From Octopus sinensis (Eukaryota): DNA of 20,726 nucleotides. The stretch is taken from positions 1-20,726 of the forward strand of contig NW_021823906.1 in assembly GCF_006345805.1 (NCBI RefSeq). Direction: 5' to 3'. Positions 9,556 to 19,951 of the stretch are shown piece after piece. Each line of letters starts with the position of its first letter. The stretch's first letter is position 1. The position numbers were made by a program, and so were the translations under genes. Under the pieces are notes generated by a model. The model saw only the letters and a program-made list of their open reading frames with translations, searched no databases and was not told the origin of the DNA.

Positions 9556-10156
9556 GATGTTTCAATAACCTATTTTTCGTTAGATAATATCACGTATCAC
9601 ATTTTTACTGATTGATATCAAAAATAGAAAAGAAAAAGACAGGAAGGAAGACAGAGAGAAAGAGAGAAAGAGAGGAAAGAAGAAAGAGAGAGAGACAGAG
9701 ATAAAGAAAGAAAGAAAGGAATAAATAAATAAAGTGGTATAACATCTAAAACAGATTTTTAATATTCGATTCAGAAAAGCTCTGTCTGTCTGTCTGTCTT
9801 TCTATCTATCTATATTTATGTATGTAATACATTTATGTATAAATGTGTATATAAATACATTCATACATACATGCATAAATACATGCATACATACATTCAT
9901 GTATATATTTTATGTGTGTGTATACTAAATATATGAGCCAGCTAGGCAGCGCCTACGTAGTCATTTCATCCGCTAGAAATAACAACTAAATATTCCTGAA
10001 ATTACATTTGGACATCACAAGATAGTAAGACATTTTGGATGACGTAGATCTCGATACGCTAAACCTAAAAGCATGAGGAGCGACTGATGTGATTAACCAG
10101 TTTTGAGTTCATTTATTAATAGATGTCATGAATCATAGCAGTCCTGGATCTACACG

Positions 10157-10192
<36 letters not shown>
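10157..10192. repeat. (CAA)n microsatellite
   Basis: Direct reading. Confidence 0.95.
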
Positions 10193-10386
10193 GTAGTAAA
10201 GCAACAACAACTATAATAAAGGAAACACTAACAACTGCACCAAGAACAGCTATAACAACAACAGCATCTACGCCACTACCACCTCCAGTAACTACATCAG
10301 TAACAGCAATCTCTTTCACCATTAGCATCATCATCATCAGTATCATTACCATCATCACTACCACCGTAGCCACCATCACTCCAAGC

Positions 10387-11330
10387 TTCCTTCTTCTTCT
10401 TCTTCTTCTTCTTCTCCTCCTCCTCCTCCTCCTGTTCCTCCTCCTTCACTTCCTCCTCCTTCACTTCCTCCTCCTGCTCTTCATCCTCCTTCACTTCCTC
10501 TTCCTGCTCTTCCTCCTCCTGCTGCTCTTCCTCCCTATCCTCCTTCACTTCCTCTTCCTGCTCCCCTCTTCCTCCTTCTTCACTTCCTCCTCCTTCACTT
10601 CCTTCTCCTTCACTTCCTCCTCCTTCACTTCCCCTTCCTGCTCTTCCTCCTCCTGCTGCTATTCCTCCCCATCCTCTTTCACTTCCTCCTCCGCCTCCTC
10701 CTTCACTTCCTCCTCCTCCGCCTCCTCCCTTCTTCTTCCTCTTCCTCCCCTCCTCCTCCTCTTCCTCCTCCTTCTCCTCCTCTTCCTCCTCCTTCTCCTC
10801 CTCCCCTTCCTCTTCCCCTCCTCTTCTCCTTCTTCCCCTCCTCTTCTCCTTCTTCCCCCTCCTCCTCCTCTTCTTCTTCCTCCTCCTCCTCTTCTTCCTC
10901 CTCCTTCCCTTCCTCTTCCTCCGCCCCTCTACCTCTTCCTCCACCTCCTCTTCCTCTTCTTCCTCCTCCTTCCCTTCCTCTTCCTCCGCCCCTCTTCCTC
11001 TTCCTCCACCTCCTCTTCATCTTCCTCTTCCTCTTCCTCCTTCTCTTCCTCTTCCTCCTCCTCCTCCTCCTCCTCCTCCTCTTCCTCTTCCTCCTCCTCC
11101 TTTTCCTCTCCTCCTCTTCCTCTTCATCGTCTTCTTCATACTTTCCTCTTCTCCATTCCTGCTGCTGCTCCTCTTCTTTTTATTCTTCATCTTCTCCTTT
11201 TCGTCTTTCTTCTCTCCTCCTCCACCACCATAAGCACCACAAGCACCACCACCACCACCCCACCTCCTCCTCCCGCCTCCTCCACAGCCTCCTCCTCTTC
11301 TTCTTTTTCTTCGTCATTTTTCGTCCCTAT
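10387..11330. repeat. Long polypyrimidine/polypurine tract, (TCC)/(TTC)-rich, with a 15-bp subrepeat
   Basis: The + strand is almost all C/T from 10387 to ~11160, with about nine copies of CTTCACTTCC between 10444 and 10710. Confidence 0.95.
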
Positions 11331-11812
11331 TTATTTTGGCAACTGTCGATCAGAACAACAGTAGTAGCAAAAATAACAACAACAACAGAAACATAAAGCA
11401 TTAAAAAATGGCAGCATGAATAAAAGAAGGAAGACAAAACGACTGCAAACAACAGGAAGAACAACGAGAACAGGAACGAAGAGAAGACAAAGAAGAAAGG
11501 GAGTAGTAGTAGTAGGAGGAGGAGGAGGAGGGGAGGAGGGGGAGGAGGAGCAGAAGGAGGGTGAGTGAATGACTGAAGGCTATCAGATTGGAGCTATAAC
11601 CTTCCTGAACAAAATCAAGGTCAATAGTCAATTTGATCGATTTAAATTTTTTTTTGGTATCATCCATTCCCTCACCATCCGCCCTGCCATAACCCTCATC
11701 ACCATCACATCACCGGCGTCGCCGCCTCTGCTGCCGCCGCAGCCGTCACCGTTGTCATCATTATTCACTTCTATTTTTCAAGATAATCATATTCTTACAT
11801 AATAATAACAAT

Positions 11813-12011
11813 ATCCTTTCTACTAAAGGCACAAGGCCTGAAATTTTGTGGGTGGGGGGACTAGTCGGTTAGATCGACCCTAGTGTGTCACCCTGTAAGG
11901 ATGAATGGCAAAGTCGTCCTCCGCAGAATTTGAACTCAGAACACGAAGACAGACGAGAGGCCGCTAAGAATTTTGCCTAGCGTGCTAACGATTCTGCCTA
12001 CTCGTCGCCTT
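11813..12011 (-). mobile_element. Family A SINE, diverged, set between AAT-type repeats
   Basis: GGCACAAGGCCTGAAATTTTG tail, GAATTTGAACTCAGAAC B box and GCTAACGATTCTGCCTACTCGTCGCCTT head. Confidence 0.87.
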
Positions 12012-12012
12012 A

Positions 12013-12086
12013 ATATGATGGTAATAATAATAAAAATAATAATGATGATGAGGATCATGATGACGATGATAGTAATAATGATAATA

Positions 12087-12139
<53 letters not shown>

Positions 12140-12154
12140 GTGATGATAATAATA

Positions 12155-12192
<38 letters not shown>

Positions 12193-12204
12193 GTGATGAT
12201 GATG

Positions 12205-12261
<57 letters not shown>

Positions 12262-12273
12262 GTGATGATGATG

Positions 12274-12315
<42 letters not shown>

Positions 12316-12347
12316 GTGATGATAATAATAATAACAACAACAACAAC

Positions 12348-12393
<46 letters not shown>

Positions 12394-12431
12394 TAATGGT
12401 GATGATAATATAATAATAATAATACAACAAC

Positions 12432-12517
<86 letters not shown>

Positions 12518-12535
12518 AACAACAATAATAATAGT
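12013..12535. repeat. ~520-bp (AAT)n array with periodic GGTGATGAT and ACAAC interruptions
   Basis: Direct reading. GGTGATGAT occurs at about 12139, 12192, 12261, 12315 and 12398. Confidence 0.98.
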
Positions 12536-14398
12536 AAGCAGGAGGAAGTGGACCAGTGAAGAAAACAGGATAGTGATGCAGTACTATTTAGAAAGTGAAC
12601 CTAAAAGAAGGGGCTATAGAAAACGGCGGATGTTAACACTTTGGGTAGGGACGGTTATGTTTAAAGTGACTGAGCAGAGATTAGTAGATCAAGCTAATGC
12701 TCTTAGGAGAAGAAAGTGGATGACAGGATTGGAAGTAGAAGAGATCACAAGAGAACTGGAAAAGAAAGAGCAGGCAGTGGGAAAGACAAACAGCATAAGA
12801 GATACATCTCAAACCAAAGAAGAACCTAAAGGAAAAAAATAAAAATTAGCGCTACCAATAAGGAAGGGACAACCGGCACCAGCGATTTAAGTGGTTGCAG
12901 GAAGTAATGAGTAAAAAAGTAAGTAAAACCTTAGCAGCATTAAAAGGCATCATCAGAAGGAACCTGTTAGAAATGATTAGGAAAGTAGATTCTGTTATCA
13001 GTAGGATAGATACTAAAAATATAGGAGACACTAAGTTATTGATCATTTGCCAGAGAAGTAATAGTCACTAGGGGAAGATTAAAAAAGAGTAAAAATGTAG
13101 AAAAGGAGACTACGAAATAAAGTGAAGATTTTAGGACAAGATCTGAGTAGAATAGAAGAATGGAAACTGAACAGGTTAGGAAACACAAGACTCAAAACGT
13201 CCCTTGAGAAAAGATATTTCGTCAAAGAAGATGAGAAACTTAATGTAGAGGAAACTAGAAAGTTCTGGGGTAATATTTGGGATAGGCAAGTCAATCATAA
13301 TGGAGATGCAGTCTGGTTAAAGAAAGTGAGGGAAGAAATAGTGAGTGAGAAGCAGACAACTTTAAGACTAACTAGTGCATTAATGAGTAAAGTGTTAGGG
13401 AAAATGCTGAATTGGAAGAGCCCAGGACCATATTTAGTTCAAGGGTAACAGCTAAAGAAATTTAGTAGTTTACATGGGAGGTTGATGGAACAACTTTGGG
13501 ATTGCCTTAATGGAAGAATAATACTAGATTGGATGACTAGAGGGAGAACAATACTCATTATGAAAGATAAAAACAAGGGTAATACAGCTAGAAACTGTAG
13601 ACCAATCACTTGCTTAACATTAGTGTGGAAACTGTTAACAGGAATGCTTTCAGAAAGCATTTACGAGCATCTTGACAACCAGAATTTACTGCCAGAAGAC
13701 CAGAAAGGTTGCCGGAAGAAGGCTAGAGGAACACATGATCTATTATATATAGACGAAGCAGTTCTAAATGAAGTAAAAGCTAGAAAGAAAAATCTAACAA
13801 TAGCATGAATAGATTATAGGAAAGCCTATGACATGATCCCACACTCATGGATAAATGAATGTTTGAGTATATTCAGTATTGCAGAGAGCATAAGAGAATT
13901 AGCAGTCGCATGAAGAAATGGAAAGCCGGTCTCTACTCAAGTGACACACTCTTAGGGAAAGTTAATATCAAAAGAGGAATTTTCCAGGGGAACTCGCTGT
14001 TCCCTTTAATATTTGTCTTATGTTTGATCACCCTCAGTTTAGTATTAAGGAAGGCAAAGGCAGTATATCAATTTAGAAATATTAAGGATGATCTGAAGCT
14101 TTTTAGTAAGAATGATATAGAGGTAGATTACTTAATACAGACTGTAAGACTCTTCAGCAAAGACACAGGCTTGGAATTTAGCATAGATAAGTGTGCAATA
14201 TTAGTCATGAGAAGGAGACATGTTGTCAACAGCGAAGGCATCCAATTAATAGATGTCCAGGCATTAAAATCATTGAAAGGAGGATAAAGTTATAAGTATC
14301 TTGGTGTATTAAAATCTGACAGAGTACTAACTATAGAAATGAAAACGAAAATTGAGGAGTACTCCAGAAGGGCGGGGAAGCTAATGAACTTAAAGCTA
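12536..14398 (+). mobile_element. R4/Dong-type non-LTR retrotransposon, N-terminus through RT, 3'-truncated and pseudogenised
   Basis: N-terminal Myb-like RRKWTSEENRIVMQYY..RGYRKR..FKVTEQRLVDQAN; WKSPGP; GRTILIMKDK..RPITCL..WKLLTG..DQKGCR..GT.DLLYID; IDYRKAYDMIPHSW (13811-13850); IKRGIFQGNSLFPL; DDLKLF (14087); GLEFSIDKCA; YKYLG; EEYSRRAGKLMNLKLN, then the sequence breaks. Several stops and frameshifts; the RT active-site region is shortened. Confidence 0.92.

Positions 14399-14493
<95 letters not shown>
14399..14493. repeat. (AAT)17 fused directly to (ATT)14, forming a perfect inverted repeat
   Basis: Centre lies between 14449 and 14450. Arms pair perfectly over 14406-14493 with no spacer. 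Confidence 0.97.
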
Positions 14494-14494
<1 letters not shown>

Positions 14495-14497
14495 ACA

Positions 14498-14885
14498 CTC
14501 CTTTCTATTAAAAGCACGAGGCATGAAATTTTGTGGGAGGCGAGTTGTCGATTATATCGACCTCGGTGTGTCACTGGTACTTAATTTATCGAACCCAAAA
14601 GAATGAAAGGTTAAGTCGACCTCGGTGGAATTTGAACTCAGAATGTAAAGACGGTTGAAAGGCCTAATCCTTCCTAGGCACAAGGCCTGCAATGTTGGGG
14701 GAAGGGAGTACTAGTCGACTAACGATTCTGCCAGCTAATCACCTTTTTAAGAAATAGTTCGGTCTATCATAGGTACATATCCTCAAATATTGTGGGGGTA
14801 GGACTTGTCGATTACATCGACCCTAATACTTGACTGATACTTTATATTATCGACCCCGAATGGATGAAAGGCAAAAGTCGAGCTC
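14498..14885 (-). mobile_element. Cluster of three family A SINE fragments
   Basis: Fragments at ~14498-14655 (tail to B box), ~14665-14742 (tail fused to head, GACTAACGATTCTGCCAGC) and ~14785-14883 (GTCGATTACATCGACCC..GGATGAAAGGCAAAAGTCG). Confidence 0.8.
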
Positions 14886-14902
14886 TGTTGTATTTGTCCA
14901 GT

Positions 14903-14949
14903 CGGAAGTGGATGGTTAGTTCTGTCTCTCTCATATAAAGATGGCGGCG
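14903..14949 (+). promoter_or_regulatory. Candidate Pol II promoter motif cluster: ETS-like, TATA-like and YY1
   Basis: CGGAAGTG (14903-14910), CATATAAA (14932-14939) and AAGATGGCGGC (14938-14948, the YY1 consensus). Motif matches only. Confidence 0.3.
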
Positions 14950-14999
14950 TTGGTGGTGGGCTGTGAGAGTTGTAAAAGGGGGGTGACAGACGAATCACC

Positions 15000-15040
<41 letters not shown>

Positions 15041-15109
15041 AAATTCACTGAAATAAATAAAAAATATATGGAGCATTTGTCAGTTTGGGTATCAGTGAGA
15101 AGACACAAA

Positions 15110-15240
15110 TACACGCAGAGAGAGAGAGGGAGTGTGAGGGAGAGCGCGAAGAGAGCGATAGGGAGGGATGAGAAGGAGAGACAGAGAGGGAAACAGATAG
15201 AAAGAAAGAAAGATAGATAGGTAGACAGATAGATAGATAA

Positions 15241-15285
<45 letters not shown>

Positions 15286-15295
15286 AAGATAGATG

Positions 15296-15364
<69 letters not shown>

Positions 15365-15505
15365 GTGGATAGATAGATTGATAGACAGACAGACAGAGAG
15401 TAAGAGAGAAAGTGTGAGAGGGAGACAGAGAGAGGGATACAGAGAACGGGAGACAGAGAGAAAGAGAGAGAGAGAGAGAGAAAGAGAGAAAGAGAGAGAG
15501 AGAAC
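15110..15505. repeat. (GATA)n core (~15211-15383) flanked by (GA)-rich tracts
   Basis: Direct reading. Confidence 0.97.
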
Positions 15506-15529
15506 ATATGATTAGCAAACCATTTAATT

Positions 15530-15775
15530 TAAGAATAGAGGAATATCTAATTCTGGAATAACAGAAATCAAAGTACTGTAAAATAAGAATATATAACAAG
15601 ACCAGATATCTAAGTTTTGAATAACCGAATATTTAATTCTGAACGATAACAAAATCTAATTCTGGAATATAGAAATGTTGCTTTCTTTCATATCGGAATA
15701 TATAATTCTGCAGTATAGAGATATCTATTTCTAGAATTGCAGAATATTTAATTCCAGTATATAAGAATATATATC
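15530..15775. repeat. Degenerate ~22-24-bp minisatellite, consensus about GAATATCTAATTCTGGAATA
   Basis: Units begin near 15541, 15605, 15627, 15651, 15696, 15718 and 15742. Confidence 0.7.
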
Positions 15776-15923
15776 ACCATACGTTGTTCTGAATTTCTAA
15801 AACAACGTCTATGAAAAGTTGGAACCAACGAGGAAGTCTTGTTAGAAATAGAAGCACAATCTCCTTGAAATCTCACGTTATATCTTAATAAAACAAAGAA
15901 CTCATTAGACATGTCTTTCACCT

Positions 15924-15970
15924 TTTAACTTAAACTTGTTTCAGTCATTAGACGGTGGCCATTATGGAGT
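15924..15970 (-). mobile_element. Family B SINE 3'-end fragment
   Basis: ACTTGTTTCAGTCATTAGAC..GGCCAT.ATGGAG matches 4085-4120 (ACTTGCTTCAGTCATTTGACTGCAACCATGCTGGAG). Confidence 0.6.
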
Positions 15971-16859
15971 CGTAATGCACTGATACCTGGACATCCTTGT
16001 TACTTAATTGCAATGGCTTTTCCGTTTTCGTTTCTGTTGAGTTTTACGTCTTTTTGTGGTGTCATGTACGTATATATATTTATATATGCATGTATATATA
16101 CATGTAGATGTCGGTACGTACATATATGTTTGTATGTATGCATATATTTTATTTATTACACTATTGTCTGACAGCGCTTCGCGTCGGGTTCGTTCGAATT
16201 TTCGCTTCGTTCCGTTTCTTTCCTCCCCAGTATTGTTTTATTATATATATATATATATATATATATAATTGTGAGTGTATATGTATATACGTATGTACTA
16301 TCCTAGAAATTAGACGGGAGGATCATAGTTGGAATACCTTTAGTAAAAGGCCTTCTGAATCAAGCTTAAGCCAGACTAACTCATCCCCAAAACTACCACC
16401 ACCAGCGCTGCCGCGACCACGTGCAACAACAACAATAGCATCAACAGTTAAAGGCCTCACGTATAACAGACACAACTTATCTAGTCATTTGCCGATCATC
16501 TACAATAAAAGACTATCGGCGGATCAGTTCAATCGATCTATTTATTAAACAATCTATTGTATTTAATCGTTGAACCCCTAGCATTTATCTCCAGACACAG
16601 TTCGATATTTTTATATCGCCTTTCCTTCACAATATTTAGTTTGCCTGTGTAAGTTGTATGTATATGTGTGTATTGTGTGTTGTGCGTTGCGCGTTATGCA
16701 CGTTTATGTGTGCACGTGCGCGTGCGTGTGTGTATGTGTGCTGTGTGTGTGCGTGAGTGTGCGTCTATGTATGTGTGCGTGCCTCTGTGTGTGTGTGTGT
16801 GTCGTTGTCTGTGTGTCGTTAAACCATTTATGATTCATAAAACCATTTTCAAAGTGTTT

Positions 16860-16887
16860 CATATATATATGTATATATATATATATG

Positions 16888-16946
<59 letters not shown>

Positions 16947-16947
16947 A

Positions 16948-16991
<44 letters not shown>

Positions 16992-17039
16992 ATATATATA
17001 TGTATGTATATATGCATGTATATATATGTATATATATAT

Positions 17040-17071
<32 letters not shown>

Positions 17072-17215
17072 ATATACATACATATATAAATACACATACA
17101 CACATGTATACACATATATGTATCTATATGAGTGTGTTTATATATATATATATGTATATAATGCTCACACATATATGGAAACGCGCGAATATACATACAT
17201 ATACTTATATATGTG
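16860..17215. repeat. (TA)n-rich tract with CA/TG variants
   Basis: Direct reading. Confidence 0.96.
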
Positions 17216-17440
17216 TGCGTAAGTATGTGTGAGCACGACGCGTGTGTAGACCCTCCCCCGCCTTGTATCTCCCCTTACTCCTTCCGAAACAAGGGAACCG
17301 CCATCTCATCTTTCAGACCTCCCTCATTGACCTACATTCACTCGTCCATCAGTATTTATCTTTTCTCATCTATTAGAACGTGCCTGCTCAATAGAGATCG
17401 ATACATATTTTTATAGAGGAAGTGGTGGGGGAGAACGTGC

Positions 17441-17441
<1 letters not shown>

Positions 17442-17485
<44 letters not shown>

Positions 17486-17560
17486 GTGTGTGTGTGTGTG
17501 TGTGTGGTGTGTGTATGTGCGTGTGCATGTATGCGTGTGTGTTTGTTTGTGTATGTGTGT
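17442..17560. repeat. (TG)n microsatellite
   Basis: Direct reading. Confidence 0.96.
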
Positions 17561-17620
17561 GGACTCAATGTCAGCAGTTGAATGATCAAGGATTTTAATG
17601 GGATTTTTATGATGGTACTC

Positions 17621-17621
<1 letters not shown>

Positions 17622-17691
<70 letters not shown>

Positions 17692-17714
17692 CATCATCAT
17701 TATTATTATTATTA

Positions 17715-17755
<41 letters not shown>

Positions 17756-17840
17756 ATTAGTAGTAGTAGTAGTAGTTGTTGTTGTTGTAGTTGCAGCAAC
17801 AGTAGCAGTGCTATTATTATTATTATTATCATTATTATTG
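17622..17840. repeat. Compound trinucleotide tract (ATT)n-(TAG)n-(TTG)n-(CAG)-(ATT)n
   Basis: Direct reading. Confidence 0.96.
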
Positions 17841-18149
17841 ATGTGTTCTGTTTTTTTTTTTTTATAATTTTTCTTTGTTGCTCTTGTCTGTTGTTCGCTT
17901 TGAATGGTCACGTTTCACAGAGTTCCATCTAGAGATATTTAGTCCCATGATTACCGAATGAAAAGGCTTTTGAATATTATTCCTGCTACCCGAGGTAGAT
18001 TAATGGTTTGTCTTCAGATGGTCTTTTTTTATTCTTTTGCTCTTTTTTTTTTCAACTGTCACAAACACACTGTGGACATTTGGAGAGTTTTTCATGCATC
18101 AAAAGCTACAAGGAAAAGCACTTGTCATAGTCTCTGTAGCACTCACATA

Positions 18150-18505
18150 AATAACCACCACCTCATATTATTTAACATGAAAATCGAACTCTGAACTTTA
18201 ACATTTACATATGAAGGAACGGTTTTTCAAGGGAACGGGGAAAAAAGAATAACTTTACCATCAACAAAATGCTATCATTATTGCTAAATATGTGGGGAGA
18301 AATGCAGCCACTGAAACTGAAAAGCTAAGAGAAGGAAAGAAGGAATGGGCGACGTATGTAACAAAAGCAGTGCTTCTTTCCCCTAGGAGTTCGATCTGGA
18401 AAGGACGAGAAGGTGGCCTACAACTATTTATCCATTTGTTTTGTTATATAATACGAGGAGCCCTACATATTCCATCAGAAGAAGTTTTAGAGAAGGCCTG
18501 AGCCG
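18150..18505 (+). mobile_element. Possible ancient RTE-type LINE relic (end of RT and thumb)
   Basis: FTYEGTVFQGNG (cf. FTYLGSxISxNG), KAVLLS..SIW (cf. KAVxLxxLLYGxETW) and IPSEEVLEKA (cf. IPNxEVLERA) occur in the expected order across frameshifts. Weak, by eye. Confidence 0.3.
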
Positions 18506-18526
18506 GAGTGTGACAAGACTTATGCT

Positions 18527-18752
18527 CTGTAGGGTACATGATGTAGAGGGGGGTTATTTTATTGGATATTTACGGTTTAAAGTGGATTGGTTTATTTGGG
18601 TTGTACTATTGAATTAATAGTGTCTTGCGTACGATGTGGGTATTTCTAGCAGTGCTAGTTTTTAGATAGTGTGTAGTGTTGAGTATCCGGGTATAGCTTC
18701 TAAGTTTTTGTTCATGCGTATCCGGGTATAGCTTCTAAGTTTTTGTTCATGC
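18527..18752 (-). mobile_element. Short 3'-end copy of the Dong-type LINE at 19952-20726, with a 35-bp tandem duplication at its 5' junction
   Basis: 18527-18717 aligns with 19952-20142 at roughly 90%+ by eye. GTATCCGGGTATAGCTTCTAAGTTTTTGTTCATGC occurs at 18683-18717 and 18718-18752. Confidence 0.9.
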
Positions 18753-18999
18753 GTATGAAACACTTGTTAGAACTAGCAGGTTAACCTCTTTCAAATCACA
18801 CGTCGTTTTAAACAGGAAAGGGATTTATTGAAGAATGTAATTATATATGTATAATTACATTCGCTTTCTCTGGAGACTGTCAGAATGATGTAGACGCCTC
18901 TGATAGATTCCAATAAGATTCGAAAATCGATTAAAGTTGTTCATCATTTTTTCAGTCTGCGGAGAAATGCCTAAAATTTGCCCTGTTTTAAATTATACC

Positions 19000-19032
19000 A
19001 TATGTATGTATATATACATACATACATAAATA

Positions 19033-19095
<63 letters not shown>

Positions 19096-19202
19096 TTTAT
19101 AGAAGGAGCTTGTACAGGACTAGAACTGTTTCATTCAAATGAAATCATTATGTATATATATATATATATATATATATAATTATATATATATATATATATA
19201 TA
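19000..19202. repeat. Two (TA)n tracts (~19035-19091 and ~19153-19202) with (TACA) flanks
   Basis: Direct reading. Confidence 0.93.
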
Positions 19203-19493
19203 CATACGAATTGGACAGCCATGAAACGATCGTAGTGTTATACTAATTATCTTTTTTTAATAGTTTTGATATATATTTAAAATGATATAAATTAATTAAT
19301 CTTATGTATTGGCTTAAGTTTTTCATTGCATGATTTGCCTAATAGTGGTTTTATCTCTAATTTAATATAATATATATATATAAAACTTACTTGGAAGAAG
19401 AAGAAAACGACGCGTGCGTTCAATCATATAATAACAATTTAATAAATAAAACATATACATACATACATACATATATGTACATACCTACATCTA

Positions 19494-19724
19494 TATTCTT
19501 TACTAACCACAAGGAGCTAAACACAGAGAGGACAAACAAGGACAGACAAACGGATTAAGTCGATTATATCGACCCCAATGCGTAACTGATACTTAATTTA
19601 TCGACCCCGGAAGGATGAAAGGTAAAGTCGACCTCGGCGGAATTTGAACTCAGAACGTGACGGCAGACGAAATACGGTTACGCATTTCGCCCGGCGTGCT
19701 AACGTTTCTGCCAGCCCGCCGCCT
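19494..19724 (-). mobile_element. tRNA-derived SINE, family A, young full-length copy
   Basis: Reverse complement aligns end to end with 2081-2312. No TSD was seen. Confidence 0.92.
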
Positions 19725-19951
19725 CATTTGATAATTTCAGGCAAATTTTTACTGCATCATTTGCTACACCTCCGTGTTGCTGGGGTATGTGCAGCATTGT
19801 GTGATCTTTTTAGTTGTTGGGGTAACGTAAACTCTTCCCGGTATTGTATTGCATCAGTTTGTTCTGCTATGGGATTTAGTTGCAGTCTTTTGTTGTGTTA
19901 GTGTTTGTATTGTGTGTTGTATGTGTAATGTGAGTTGCATTCTTATCCTTC

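Noticed and set aside
9940-10090. Possible decayed SINE tail (CTAGAAATAACAAC..), with a similar stretch at ~18760-18840
   Set aside because: Similarity rests on recollection of an octopus repeat and is too weak to support within this window.
10297-11020. 215-aa and 105-aa Glu/Gly/Arg-rich ORFs
   Set aside because: They are translations of a purine tract that lacks stops by composition, and the subrepeat spacing does not keep frame.
11936-12525. Poly-L, poly-Y and poly-I ORFs here and at other trinucleotide tracts
   Set aside because: They are artefacts of translating (AAT)n and similar microsatellites.
15530-15775. CRISPR-like array
   Set aside because: Units are degenerate and mostly adjacent, with no regular unique spacers, no cas genes and a eukaryotic context.
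17921-17994. Exon-like segment with TTTCACAG acceptor and GAG/GTAGAT donor
   Set aside because: Stops occur in all frames from the acceptor and the donor is weak.
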